Source of the DNA: Squalus acanthias
Taxonomy: Eukaryota
DNA length: 64,000 nt
Assembly: GCA_030390025.1 (NCBI GenBank)
Contig: CM059432.1
Coordinates: 148,864,001-148,928,000, forward strand
Direction: 5' to 3'
Of this stretch, positions 1 through 13,470 are shown one piece after another. The position numbers and the translations under genes were made by a program. The first letter of the stretch is position 1, and every line of letters starts with the position of its first letter. The notes beneath the pieces are model-generated. The model was not told the origin of the DNA and ran no database searches. It saw only the letters and a program-made list of their open reading frames with translations.

Positions 1-545
1 GCAAAGTATTAAAGATGGATTGATGTGTGGCTGAAAGGCAGACAACAAAGGGCGATGATGTGTGGGAGTGTCTGAGTGGGCTTTTCTTTCTACACAGGAC
101 AAGCATAGACTTCCAGGGAATATGATTGAGGTCTTTAAAATGATGAAGGAAATTGATTCTGTTCAGGTGAATAGGTTATTTGAGTTAGATAGGGAGGGAA
201 GGGCTAAGGGGTATCAGTAAAAAATACAAAATCAGAGTTAGCTTAGATGCCAGGAGGTACTCCTTTTCACACAGTCACCGATTGCCAGAATGTGGGGTCT
301 GGATTCGCTTTTGGCCTTCAAAAAGGAGCTGGAAGAGTTCCTGTAAGTGGAAGACATCTCGATTTATAGAAGGTAAATAGGTTAGCTGTGACTCGTGGTA
401 TCGGTTACTGTAGTCTCCTGGAGCTTGCTTGATTGCCTTTGAGGGTCAGAGAGGAATTTCCCAGCAGCAGTTGATGGGGCATTAAGGTTTAATCATACTG
501 GATGGGACAGGCTGGATGGATCAGTTAATATCTTCCCATCCTTTT
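1..545 (+). mobile_element. Old degraded CR1-type LINE 3' fragment
   Basis: Decayed RT C-terminal motif (atgattgaggtctttaaaatgatgaagg = MIEVFKMMK). 3' UTR segment (gagaggaatttcccag, ggctggatgga) shared with the copy at 25630-26737. Confidence 0.65.
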
Positions 546-812
546 GTGTGGCACTCGTAAACCAGTTGAGAGTGACTCAGAGGGGTCAGCGGTGTTTAGA
601 ATCTATTAATCTTGCACCTGAACACAACTTTTTCTATTTTAAATTTCTATGTCTTATAAAAATTGGCTATTTAAACTGTCACTATAATTTCATCCTCCCA
701 CCAGCTGAGCTGCTGCAGTTGTTTATAAATAACTGAGAGACAGGAATATATTAGCCAAGTTTGCAAATGACATCAATTTGAGTGCAATGGCCAATGATTC
801 TAACCAATGTGT

Positions 813-3800
813 TATAGAATCATAGAATAGTGCAGCACAGGAGGCCGCCATTCGGCCCATCGAGTCTGCGCCGGCTCTTTCGAAGAGCAATCCAGTTAGT
901 CCCACTCCCCCGCTCTTTCCCCATATCCCTGCAATTTTTTCTCCTTCAAGTATTTATCCAATTTCCTTTTGAAGGCTACCATTGAATCTGTATCCACCAC
1001 CCTATCAGGCAAGCGCATTCCAAATCCTAACCACTCGCTGCATAAAAAAAGTTTTCCTCCTGTCGCCTCTGGTTCGTTTGCCAATCACCTTAAATCTGTG
1101 TCCTCTCGTTATCGAGCCTTCAGCCATTGAAAGCAGTTTCTCCCTATTTACTCTATCTAAATCTTTCATGATTTTAAACACCTCTATCAAATCTCCTCTT
1201 TGCCTTCTCTGCTCTAAGGAGAACAACTCCAGCTTCTCCAAGTCTATGCACATAACTGTAATCCCTCATCCCTGGAACCACTCTCGTAAATCACTTCTGT
1301 ACCCTCTCCAAAGCCTTGACGTCCTTCCTAAAGTGTGGTGTCCAGAATTGGACACAAGACTCCAGCTGGGGCCGAACTAGTCTTTTATAAAGGTTTAGCA
1401 TCACTTCCTGGCTTTTGCACTCTATGCCTCTATTTATAAAGCCCAGAATCCCATATGCTTTATTAACTGCTTTGTTAACTTGTCCTGCCACCTTCAAAGA
1501 TTTTTGCACAAGCACCCCCAAGGTTTCTCTCTTCTTGTACCCTCTTTAAAATTGTACCATTTAGCATGCATTATCTCTCCTTATTCTTTCTACCAAAATG
1601 GATCACCTCACACTTTTCGACATTGAATTTCATCTGCCACGTGTCCACCCATTCCACCAGCCTGTCTATGGCTTCTTGAAGTCTACTGCTATCTTCCTCA
1701 ATGTTTACTACACTTTGAAGTTTCATGTCATCTGCAAATTTTGAAATTGTGCCCTGTATCCCCAAATCCAAGTCATTAATGTACATCAAAAACAGCAGTG
1801 GTCCTAGTACTGAACCGTGGGAACTCCACTGTATACCTCCCTCCAGTTCAAAAAACAGCCATTCACCCAACTCTTGGTTTTCTATCCCTTAACCAATTTT
1901 ATATCCATGCTGCTACTGCCCTTTTTATCCCATGTGCTTCAATTTTGCTAACAAATCTAATATGTGGTACTTGATCAACTGCACTGCCCTCATCAAGCCT
2001 CTCTGTTATCTCATCAGAAAACTCAATCAAGTTAGTCAAACACGATTTGTCCTTAACAAATCCATTCTGGCTCTCCTTTATTAGTCCATGCTTGTCCAAG
2101 TGGCTGTTAATTTTCTCCTGGATTATTGTTTCTAAAAGCTTCCCCACCACCGACGTTAAACTGACTGGCCTGTAATTGCCAGGTTTATCCTTCTCCCCTT
2201 TTTTGAACAATGGTGCAACATTTGCAATGCTCAGTCCTTTGGCACCACCCCAGTATCTAAGGAGGATTGGAAGATTGAAGCCAGCACTTCCACAATTTCT
2301 ACCCTTACTTCCCTCAGCAACCTAGGATGCATCCCATCCAGACCGGGTGACTTATCCACTTTAATTATTGCCAGCCTGTCTAGTACCTCCCCTTTATCTA
2401 TTTTTATCTCATTCAGTATCCCAGCAACCTCCGAGTTTACCATAACTTTGACAAAGTCCTCTTCCTTGGTAAACACCAATGCCAAGTACTCATTTAGTAC
2501 CTCAGCCATACCTTCACTAATAGATCTCCATTTTGGTCCCTAATCAGCTCCACCGCTCCTCTGACGATCCTTTTAATGTTAATATGCCTATAGAAGACCT
2601 TTGGATTCACTTTTATGTTGGCCGCCAATCTATTCTCGTACTGTCTCTTTGCCTCTCTTATTTCCTTTTTCACTTTTTATATTCAGCCTGATTCTCCCTT
2701 GTATTATTAAGCTAACATCTGTCATATTCCTTTTTCTACTTCATCCTACTCTCTAACTACATCATCCAGGGAGCTCTGGCTTCGATTACCCTCCCTTTCC
2801 CCCTTGTGGGAATGTACCTAGACTCAACCCGAACCACCTCCTCTGTAAAGGCCGCCCATTGCTCCATTACATTTCTGCCTGCCAGTCTTTGGCTCCAATG
2901 TACCTGGGCCAGATCCCTCCTCAATTCGCTGAAATTAGCCCTCCTCCAGTTAAGTATTTTTATTCTAGATTTCATAATAAGATAAGAAATAGGAGCAGGA
3001 GTAGGCCATTTGGCCCCTCAAGCCTGCTCCGCCATTTAATGAGATCATGGCTGATCTGATCTTGGGCTCAGCTCCACTTCCCTGCCCGCTCCCCATAACC
3101 CATCACTCCATTATTGTTCAAAAATCTGTCTATCTCCACCTTAAATATATTCAATGACCCAGCCTCCACAGCTCTCTGGGGCAGAGAATTCCACAGATTT
3201 ACAACCCTCAGAGAAGAAATTCCTCCTCATCTCAGTTTTAAATGGGCAACCCCTTATTCTGAAACTATGCCCCTAGTTCTAGATTCCCCCATGAGGGGAA
3301 ACATTTTCTCTGCATCTACCTTGCTGAGCCCCCTCAGTATCTTGTATGTTTCAATAAGATCACCTCTCATTCTTCTAAACTCCAATGAGTATAGGCCCAA
3401 CCTTTCTTCATAAGTCAACCCCTTCATCTCAGGAATCAACCTCGTGAATCGTCTCTGAACTGCCTCCAATGCAAGTATATCACTCCTTAAATAAGGAGAC
3501 CAAAACTGTACGCAGTCTCAGCAATACCCTGTACAGTTGCAGCAGGACTTCCTTGTTTTTATACGCCGACCCCCTTGCAATAAAGGCCAACATTCCATTT
3601 TTCTTCGATTACTTGCTGTACCTGCATGCTAACTTTTTATGTTTCATGCACAAGGACCCCCAGGTCCCTCTGTACTGCAGCATTTTGTAATCTCTCTCCA
3701 TTTAAATAATAATTTGCTTTTGTATTTTTCTTACCAAAGTGGATAACCTCACACTTTCCCACATTATACTCCATCTGCCAAATGTTTGCCCACTCACTTA

Positions 3801-4300
3801 GCCTGTCTATATCCCTTTGCAGATTCTTTGTACAACTCGCTTGCCCACCTATCTTTGTATCATCAGCAAATTTGGCTACATTACACTCGGTCCCTTCATC
3901 CAAGTTTCTCCTTGTCCTTCTCCATAACTAATCTAAACCTTCCTGAGGTGCTCCTCCACTTGACCCATTTCATTTCCCGGGACTAGATCCAGCAATACCT
4001 CCTTCCTCGTTGGGCAGGAAACATACTGATCAAGAAAATTCTCCTGAACACACTTCAAAAATTCCTCCCCTTCTCTTCCCTCAACATAATCACTGCCCCA
4101 TTCAATATTGGGGTAGTTAAAGTCTCCCAAAATCACTACGCTATAGTTCTTGCACCTCTCAGTAATTTCTTTGCAAATCTGCTCCTCTATCTTCTTCTCA
4201 CCTATACAATACACCAAGTAGTGTAATAAGCTCCTTTATTGTTTCTTATCTCCAACCAAATAGATTCTGTCCTTGACCCCTCAAGGACATTCTCTCTTAA
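813..4300 (-). mobile_element. Long CR1 LINE (ORF2 endonuclease + RT, frameshifted), interrupted by a nested CR1
   Basis: Minus-strand ORFs give APE endonuclease (ILGDFNYPNIEW...LLDLV, 3933-4217), PGNYRPVSLTSVVGKLLE, KFADD and RPQLESCVQFW. (ATTCTATG)n-type tail at about 813-828. Confidence 0.92.
2973..3905 (-). mobile_element. 5'-truncated CR1 LINE (second subfamily) nested in the CR1 above
   Basis: Own tail (cataataagataagaaataggagcagg) and RT C-terminus (AKFADDTKIGG, RRMRGDLIETYKI). Host sequence resumes on both sides. Confidence 0.88.
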
Positions 4301-4304
4301 TCCA

Positions 4305-5100
4305 AAGGAATCTGAATAGAGTAGGTCAATAGGCAAAAAAAGTGGTAAATGGAGGTTAACACTGATAAGGGAAGCATGCGATTTGGTAGAAGAAACAAGA
4401 ACGTGGATTACATTCTAATTGGCAACATGCTTGAGGTAACCGAGCAGAAAAGTGATATTGGGGTTTTGATGGACAGGTTGTTAAAAACATTGGTTCAGTG
4501 TTCGAAGAAAACAAATAAAATGTTTTTGTATAGCCAAGGATGTGAGTTAGAAGTATAAGGTAGTGATGTTGAAGTTGTATCTGACCTTGGTGAGGCCATG
4601 TCAGTTTTCAGTTTTGGTCTCAGTATTATAGGAAAAATGTAGAATTACAGGAGGTAGTATAGAAACCAATCCCTGAACTTAGCAGTCTGAACTGACAATA
4701 CAAGGAAAGATCATCTATCCTGAGACTTCATTCGCGTCAGAAGGAGGATGGGAAGGGTGCTTAACTGATTTCTAAGATTTTCACAGGTATAGAGAAATTA
4801 GATCCAGGAAAGTTCTCCTGTTGGGCAGAAAGTTTAAGAATCAGGAGACATGGTTTAAAGTTAAGGGTGTGAAAATAAGAGAATTTTTGGCAACTTTTCT
4901 TCAGTAAGAGGTTGATAGAATTCTGAAGATTACTACTAGCAGAAAACCAACGCAGGTTTTAAAAAGAATTAGGTGAATTTCTGTTAGGAAAGGGATTTTG
5001 GGCTTGTCAATTCCAGAATCACAGTAAGCAAACAGATAGGAGGTTTGGAAAGGTAGGGAAGATGAACTGACGATCGTCTCCTGCCCAAAATATTGTTACT
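4305..5100 (+). mobile_element. Old degraded CR1 3' fragment
   Basis: Decayed motifs (RFGRRNK; ttgtatctgaccttggtgaggcc = LYLTLVRP; cagttttggtct). Confidence 0.6.
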
Positions 5101-5312
5101 ATGAAACTAGCTTCATGAAACTTATTTTCTATCGCACAAGTTATATTGGATGGAATTCAACTCCTTTTTCTCCTACAGACTTAATACCAAACTACATTTC
5201 AATAATCACCTTCTGTTGAGTATTAGGAGTCATTAATAATTAGAGAAGAAAGCATTCTTTGGTCAGCATTACTGTTTTAGGTTAGAAATCAAGTGTCATT
5301 TTGGCTCAGGTG

Positions 5313-5756
5313 GTGGCACTCTCATCTCCGAGGCAAAGGTTGTGGGTTGCAGCAACACTATGGACTAGACCGCATAATCAAGGTTGACACTTCAGTCCTG
5401 GAACTTGGAAAATGTGGCACGCTCAGAGATGCTGTCTTTCTGATAAGATGTTGAACTGTCTGCCTGTTCAAGTGGATGTACAAGATCCCACAATGCTATT
5501 TGGAGAAAAGCAGGGTGTCTCGACAAACATTTCTTATTTGCTGGTTGTGGCAGCAAAACATCAAAGCAACCCAAGCACGTAATATAATGGCACCAATCTT
5601 GCAATATTTGGGGGATTTTGAAGTGGAGCTGAGACCACAGGGACCGGGTAATCTCAATGCGTCATCTCTGCCTCATTTCCCTACAACATTCAAAAGTTTT
5701 TCATTGGCTGTGAAGTGTTTTGAATGTCGTGAAAGCCAACAAAAAAATGCAAGTGC
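5313..5756 (+). mobile_element. tRNA-headed Deu-domain SINE (SacSINE1-like), degraded
   Basis: Head tggctcaggtggtggcactctc, central gtctttctgataagatgtt...gatcccacaatgct, tail tcattggctgtgaagtgttttg...aaatgcaagt. Matches other copies in the window. Confidence 0.7.
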
Positions 5757-7518
5757 GTTCAGTGCAACTAACTGGAGTGAAACCAACTTTTCAAATTTTA
5801 AAGTGTAAAAAGTTTTCAGTTTCCTTTAGGTTCCTAATATTAGCTAAGAGCCAACTGTCCTGCTGGCTTCTTTCTAACATTACAAATTTCACGGGCAGGC
5901 TGAAGCTAGAATGTGTTAAAGGAGGTCAGTATAACAGGCTCCTCATGCGATTCTAAAAAGCTAATCTTACATGGTGCTGCAAACAATGACACTATCCTCA
6001 CTATAGCTTTTTGAACATGCATGGTTGCAAGACTAAAACTGTTCTTTTGTTTTGTGATAGCTGAAAGTGGTTCTGTACATGAGATTCCATGCAGCATATT
6101 TTCTAACAAAATAACGTGCACTATTTCAAAAATATGGCCAATTTTTATTCATAAAATCCTCTGCCAAGTGTTCTGAATAATGATTTGAAAAAAGTCTAGC
6201 TTTTAACACTATATTTAATCATTCCAGCAAGGGCGCCTTTTTGGATTGCTGGATGACTTGTCTTGTCTGTAAGTTTCAAGAGAATCATTATTGCAAGATT
6301 GGTGCCATTATATTACATGCTTGGGTTGCTGTGACGTTTGCTGCCATAAAAAAGGTCCAGGCTTTCAGTGAGGAGCCAGACATTTGCAGGTTGTTGTTCA
6401 CAGTTCAGCTGCAGAGCACAAATTGGCCAGAACAATCGCAACATGAATGTACAGCACGGAGATAGATACAGTGGGGCTCCCCCTAGCACTTACAAGAGGC
6501 AATGTTGCAAATGAGATTTCTCCAAAACACAGAAGCACATGAATCTTACTCGTAAGCAAACTGAAACTTACCATTTCTCAATGGGATTGCAATCACTTTT
6601 AGCTTTTCTTTAATTTTCACACCACGTAAGTACAATACTGCAGCATTGGAATGCTTTTTTGAAGGTACATCAGTAACAATACAAAATATATAACTATTTT
6701 GCTTACCCTGCATGTCAATATTTAAATTTAGATGCAGTTCAGTACAGAGAAAATAGCTTCAACAAAATGTAAGCATCAAATTAATTATTTCAACCCACTG
6801 AACACATCGGATATTAGTTGCATTCATACCATGTACACTTAGATTAAGTAATGCTTTTGGACATGTAGAAGATTGAAGCACCAAAAATAGGATAAATTAG
6901 AGATGTTTGAGTCAGATTTCTAGAAAGATTGGAGTCTCACTCTGCAACACAGCTATATTTTATTTAAGTCTCCACGACAACTCAAAACATTATACCAGAC
7001 ATTTTCCAAAAGTATAAAGTAATTTGCCTTGAACCTTATGACAAAATAGTCAGTTTTCCCTTCAAACTGAAGCTATTTGTGCACTTGCAATACAAAATTG
7101 TAATTTCTGAATAGGACTTGTGTCAAAGCAAATGAAGATAAAGCAATGCCACTTTAGTCCTGCTTTTATAAGTGTTGATTAGACTTCTAAGCATAGCATT
7201 CTAGCTTTGTTAGGCATTACTTCAATGTTCTGGAGACAATTGTTTTTTTTAAGGCAGTTCCCAAAAAGATTTTTTTTTAAATCAATTGTATAGAGAACAA
7301 ACCAGAAATATATCAGCAAAAAGAACATGGGTGAGACAGATGTCAACACATTGTAAAAACTAGTTAATGTTTTGCTATACTCAATTTATAGTCTATTCCA
7401 TAACATACAGGCTCTTGAAATTAATTCTCTGCAGATTGCACAAATCTAGCTATGAATGTTTAAAAAAGTATCTTACTAAAAATACTTTAACTATATACCA
7501 CTTTCAGTGTGACATTAC

Positions 7519-8324
7519 GGGCTGGATTTTCTCAATGGGGAGCTTTTGGAGGCGGGACTCCCACTTGTTGGTTTTTAGTCCCGCCTCCATTGACTTGTGG
7601 CCAACCCATGCTATCTTCCCTTGATTGACCTTGTTAAGCCCGCCCAGCGGGTTTAGCAGGCCAATTAAGGGAAAGCCGGTTACAGGTGACGTCAGCGAGT
7701 GACATTTCATCTGTCAAGAGCTTTTGACAGATGAAATGTCAGCGTTTGACAGCTCTGTGAAGCTGCCAAACACTGACAATCTGTCTTCTAAGTTGAGTCT
7801 TTACTTAAGACTCAATTAGAAAGCCTTCCTGAGCAGAAAGCAGAAGGCTACTGCATTTGAGAATGCAGCGGCCATTCAGCTTTCTCTGCCGGTGAGCTGA
7901 GGGACTCCCGAGACCTGACGGGATGAAGCCTGGAGAAGAAGAAAAGGTAAGTAAAGCTTTTAAAACACTTAAGACTCACCTCACACACTTACCTCTGCAC
8001 ACAGGACATCTCGGCCCCTCTGACCCCCGCAGACCCACGGTTCGCCTCGCTGACCCTGGCGAGGTTCGGAGCCGTCGGGAAGCCCACACTTTAGGTGGCA
8101 AAATAGGGATTATCCCAAAAAACTGTCTGTTAACTACCTGTTAACATGCAGTTAATTGGCACTGATCCCCTTCCCGCCCCGAGGAGGCGGCTCCCAGTGC
8201 GGGTCAGGTACCCGCCTCCTGGGAAGATGGCACGGAGGCGGTTTGGGGGCGGGATGGGTACCCGCCCCCAGATTCTGCCATTTTCCCAGCAGTCCCGCCT
8301 CCCCAGGGCTGGCAAAATCGCCCC
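7519..8324. mobile_element. GC-rich non-autonomous DNA transposon (PIF/Harbinger-like MITE)
   Basis: Imperfect TIRs GGGCTGGATTTT ... AAAATCGCCCC. 3-bp TSD TAC at 7516-7518 and 8325-8327. Internal similarity to the Myb-bearing element at 48952-50665. Confidence 0.75.
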
Positions 8325-9576
8325 TACATTTTAGCTGAATTAGGATGTAACCAGTGAAACCAACCTTTAAATGATTAGAAGCTGTAGCACATACTTGCAA
8401 CTACTGTTGCTGAAGCAAAATTCAGTCAGTGCTTTGCTATTTAAATGCAGGAGTTCTTTGTGGCCACTGAACAGCACCAAGCATTCCAAGCTGAGCATCA
8501 GCTGTTTCAATCCCTGGTGTGTTGCCCAAGCTGCTGCAACTGCTACAGAGAACACCAAGAACTACTGCATTTAAATGAAGAGCGCTGAATGAATGTTAAA
8601 AATTCATTTTAAAAGAGTGTCTAAGGGTTTGTTTTTCAGAGAAGCGCCTGCTCTCAACACTGCTCACCAACACTTCAAACAACTGAGCAGTGCTCTGCTA
8701 TACAGTGCTGGCTCTGCAGCAGCACCAACACCTTCCCTGGGAGTCCAGACAAACTGAGGAGTACAACCAACTTGAATGAATTAGTAAAACCAATTGAAAA
8801 CATGGTTTGGATTTGATTTGATCCTTACAGCCTTGTGATCATCACAAACGGTGCTGACTACCAGTGGATTTCATTATTGCTTTAGGGAAAATACTCTTGG
8901 TTATCAACTCCAGAAAACTGGAAAAACAACACCAATCTTTCATTTTCTTTACAATCCAATTATTTTTCAATTTTGCATTAATAGGCCTAAACTAACAGCT
9001 TTTAAGAATAGTCAGCAGAACAGAATCAATCAAGACTTGCCGAAAGATAATCGAGGATAAGACTCTGGTGCTTTCCGTATACCAATAATCTGCACTGCTT
9101 TTTTGGGGGAAATCCAAGGGCCAAGAACAGATACTGCAGGACACCACCAAGATTGAAAAGACGAGGTAAATAAGGAGGCAGTGATCAGCTGACACCAGGC
9201 TTCGATTATAAAAGCCTGAAGATTGTAGGTGAAAGGAAAGACTAAAGGAGGTAAGGAGTTTCAAGTTTTTAGATCTTGGGAAAGAATTGAGTTAGAATAG
9301 GAGACTGTATGATGAGGACTAATTTCAACATAGAGGAGATGTAGTGAGTAGGTAAAGAATGGAGGACAATACACTGGCTGAGAAGGAAAGCAGCACTGAC
9401 CATAGGAGCATGGTTAAAATACTGTGGTTTTTTTTAAATCAGATGCAATTTGCAAAAGTATTCAAGCTTTGCACAGACTTTACATGATAGTAACATTGGA
9501 AGTGATGAAGATGGGGTCATAAATCATGACCGCAAAACCTATGGGTTTATCAAAGTGATATCAACTCTGACACGTT

Positions 9577-10305
9577 ACAAACAACAACTTGTATTTATAT
9601 AGCGCCTTTAACGTAGTAAAATGTCCCAAGGCGCTTCACAGGAGCGTTATCAAACAAAATTTGACACTGAGCCACATAAGGAGATATCAGAGCAGAAAAG
9701 AGGTAGGTTTTAAGGAGCACCTTAAAGGAGGAAAGAGACAGAGATTTAGGGAGGGAATTCCAGAGTTTAGGACCGTGGCAGCTGAAAGCACGGCCGTCAA
9801 TAGTGGAGCGATTAAAATCGGGATGCTCAAGAGGCCCAAATTGGAGGAGAGCAGATTATCTTGGAGGGTTGTGGGGCTGGAGGAGATTAGAGATAGGGAC
9901 GGGCGAGGCTATGGAGGGATTTTAAAGCAAGGCTGAACTTCAAAATTGAGGCGTTGCTTAACCGGGAGCCAATGTAGGTCAGCGAGCACAGGGGTGCTGG
10001 GTGAACGGGACTTGGTGCGAGTTAGGACACGGGCAGCAGAGTTTTGGATGACCTCAAGTTTCTGGAGGGTAGAAAGTGGGAGGCCAGCCAGGAGTGTGTT
10101 GGAATAGTCAAGTCGAGAGGTAACAAAGGCATGGATGAGGGTTGCTGAGGCAGGGGCAGAGTCGGGTGATGTTACGGAGATGGAAATAGGCGGTCTTAGT
10201 GATGGCGTGGATATGTGGTCGAAAGCTCACTTCAGGGTCAAATGATACCAAGGTTGAGCACAGTCTAGTTCAGCCTCAGACATTTGCCAGGGAGAGAGAT
10301 GGAGT
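9577..10305 (-). mobile_element. L2 LINE 3' fragment
   Basis: Reverse complement matches the 3' part of the L2 at 14125-17467. Tail acaacaacttgtatttatatagcgcc. Confidence 0.85.
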
Positions 10306-12123
10306 GCACTTTGCAAAGCACTTGTTTTAAAAAAATATACATTAGCCGATTTCCTGCATCATTGCTCACGGGTATTCTGGCATCTGTAACATAGCTGTAA
10401 TGTTTACTTGAGACCATGGACTGTTCCTTTGAGGCCGCTGCTCAGGTTCTCTCTGCAGGGAAATTGTTTAAATAGGTCCTGCAGTAGAGATTGATTTTCT
10501 CTAGATTGGCAGCGGCTTGGCTCCTCCCCTTTATTATTTCAAGGTCAGAGAAGCAGGAGGAAATAACCGGGTTTTCTTTTGCACTCTCTTTCAAGATGGA
10601 TCAGTTGTGATTCGTTCGTATTTTTATATAAATTCTGACAACTAGAGTAGGACAGGCTTTCTAAACTATTATATAGAAATAGATATTAAAAAATTAAATT
10701 TTTCTGTGGCTATTATGACAGACATGACCGGCTGGAAGCTTTTGATGCTGAATTTTGATTGAACAAATACCACAATTTCACACACATGCATTAACATTTA
10801 TTTAGCTACTCAAGCAGATCTCCCATGGTGTTGCTCACAGTGAATCAGAACAGATGTTTGATAGGATACATATTTAATAAGGACAGGACCATTTATATCA
10901 TGTAACAATACAATATATTATTCTAAGTTGAAGCCGTGTCCCTTAAGGCCACAAGGTATAAATAGCACATCCAGAGCTTAGTTGCCGACTAATTCCTTTG
11001 GGCACATCAGGAGGACACTTAGAGGGCTGGCAGCAGATTGTAAATCCCTGTTCCTCCTGTTTCAAGTTCTGTGCATTGAAGGCTGTGATTGTGCCAGAAT
11101 GGGGATCTGTCCAGTTTCAATTTTATCAAATTAATTTGTAGCTTTAGCCTAAGGACTGGAACATTTAAAAGTAGAGCTATGAAAGTTCTGTGGGTCAAGT
11201 TTGATTAATTGTTAAGGGTACCTTTTTAAAAAAAATCTTCCTTTATCAACTTAGGTATCAACGCAATGAGACATAACCAAGCTTGTATACCACATTTTTC
11301 AGTTCACATGATGTAACCGCTTAACTCCACAACGCATCAGAGAGCTTGGACTCTGCAGTCAACAGAAACCCATTAATGGCATGTAACTCAAAGAATGCTG
11401 TGACAAAAGATTTTAAGGATTCTGAAATGCTCATTATGTTGACCTCAAAACATTTTTAAAGTATCAGTGATAATTAAAGACTGCAACTAATTTTTATCCA
11501 CTAATTTATCTTTTTTACTTCTGAATAATTTTTACTTGTTAAAATAAACTAATTTTTTTTTCCGCTTGAACAATCTGTCAGCACTGTTTTCTGCCAATTC
11601 ATAGAGATCAAGAGTATATAGTAGCACTCCCGTACTAATTCCAAATCCGATGGTACAAAGAACAAACTTGCATCTGTACACAACACCTTATCACATCTTC
11701 AGGACATCCCAAAACACTTTACAACCTGCTCTTTTACCTGAAGGACATACTTGTCCTGGGGAGATTGGGTCAGGGGAAAGGAAAATGGACTGAACAATAT
11801 AGATAACAGACTGCAATGTATGAAACATTGGATTTCTTAATGTGATTTGCAAAGGTTTTTTTTTGTTATACTTTGCATAACATGACAAGTTTAATTTTAC
11901 AAGGTTCAGTTTTACCATCCTTTTGGTTAATGCTGTACACTGCATCCATTCACCCTCAAGTAAAAGCAACTTGGGGCAAGACTTAGTTGAGACCCAAAAT
12001 CTAATTGTTACAAGTCTTGAAGGTTCCGTTCCAAAAATTAAGATTGGTGTCTCACTCTGGAAAGCCAGTACATTGTGTATTGTGGCACTGGCTGAAGAGA
12101 TTCATAAATTAGTACTGACTCAC

Positions 12124-12210
12124 CGTAGATCGAGAATCTTCCCGCTCCAATATCTTCTGTGTCTGATCTGCTGGGAACTTCAGCACAGTGGTTATAACTT
12201 TCGCCAAAGT
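12124..12210 (-). CDS. GOLGA4: GOLGA4 exon, GRIP domain C-terminal half (TLAKVITTVLKFPADQTQKILEREDSRST)
   Basis: 87 nt, tttcag acceptor and GTGAGT donor, phase 0/0. Near-identical to the golgin-245 GRIP sequence as recalled (TMAKVITTVLKFPDDQTQKILEREDAR). Confidence 0.96.
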
Positions 12211-13408
12211 CTGAAATATAAAAAGGCAATATAATTGCAAAGATCCAAATTTTCTCCCCAAAAAGATAACCTTGAAAAGTACTGCAATATTCTGAAATTT
12301 AAATGAGTAGTGGGCTAAAAATGAGTTAGCTCTTTCAAACACCAAACGCTCAATAGAATAGTAAATAGTTAGTAGAAATAACATGGTTGGGAACAACGAA
12401 ATAGTGCTCCACTAGACCGCCGCTACTAACTGCCACTATTTCAATTCCGATGGCATCGAATTACAACACTAATTATGTTCATCACTTCAAAAGGATGATT
12501 GCTGTGACGGGAGTTTGATGTATGCAATTTAATGTCATATGAACACTATAAATTCAGTAGAATAAATTATCTTGGAGGTAAGAAATCCTTTAAACTAAAC
12601 TGAGAACCGTTCCAGAATGACATACCATTAATTGCTTTAAAGATTCTTTTAAGTACATTTTAGAAAATTAATTTATTCCAGGTGTTACAACCATTAAAAA
12701 TCCTTCAAGTAGGAATAAGATAACCTCCTTTTTATCCAGTAAAACAGATTAGTTTTTTTGCTGCAGCTACCAAAAATGAAATCTCCATCTCTTTAAAAAA
12801 ACAATCAACATTCCAATTAGAAAGATTTTATCAGGTCTTTCGCTCATGAAATTAAACAAAAGGAACCTTTCCAAAACTTGGGCGAATAATTGTAACATGA
12901 GTAACACTTTACAGATGACTGAACAACAGATCAAACAAAACTTTTTCGGTTCGGTAAGTCATGAAACATAGGCTATTTCTCGAGTCCAGATAAATAAAAT
13001 GATTGGCCAATTGTTATTTTAAGCAAACAGAAAATAACACACTCAAAAAAAATCTTGATCTAAGAGTAGAGGAAAGTGTAGTTGGAATTACTTCAGAGGA
13101 CTACCACATGTCTGGTGACTAATTTAATTGTGTGCATATAGCAATGGTTGTACTCCCAGAGCAGCAGGAAGAGCAAGAGACAGGAACTGCCAAACACTGG
13201 GCATTGAAGGGTACCCCCAAAACCATATTCTCTAGGGCAAAAAAACCTCTGATTTATTGAACCTCAGCACTGATTAAACCAGAGGAAAACTGATCGGCCT
13301 CACGTGAGGTTAGTGATATTCTGAACAGCTGATCTGACTACTTTCAGTTTGTTGAACTCTCACTGGGATTCCTGCAGCAAATAAGTACCTTTGCTCTCAC
13401 TTGTATCT

Positions 13409-13470
13409 CAGAGAGAGAGAGAGAGAGAGAGAGAAGAAAGAGAGAGAAAGAAAGAGAGAGAAAGAAAGAC
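13409..13470. repeat. (GA)n/(GAAA)n microsatellite at a SINE tail
   Basis: Directly visible agagagag...aaagaaagac run abutting the SINE 3' end. Confidence 0.9.

Noticed and set aside
10500..10570. Promoter/enhancer-like cluster (ATTGG, TCAAGGTCA)
   Set aside because: Single short motifs are expected by chance in 64 kb; no independent support.
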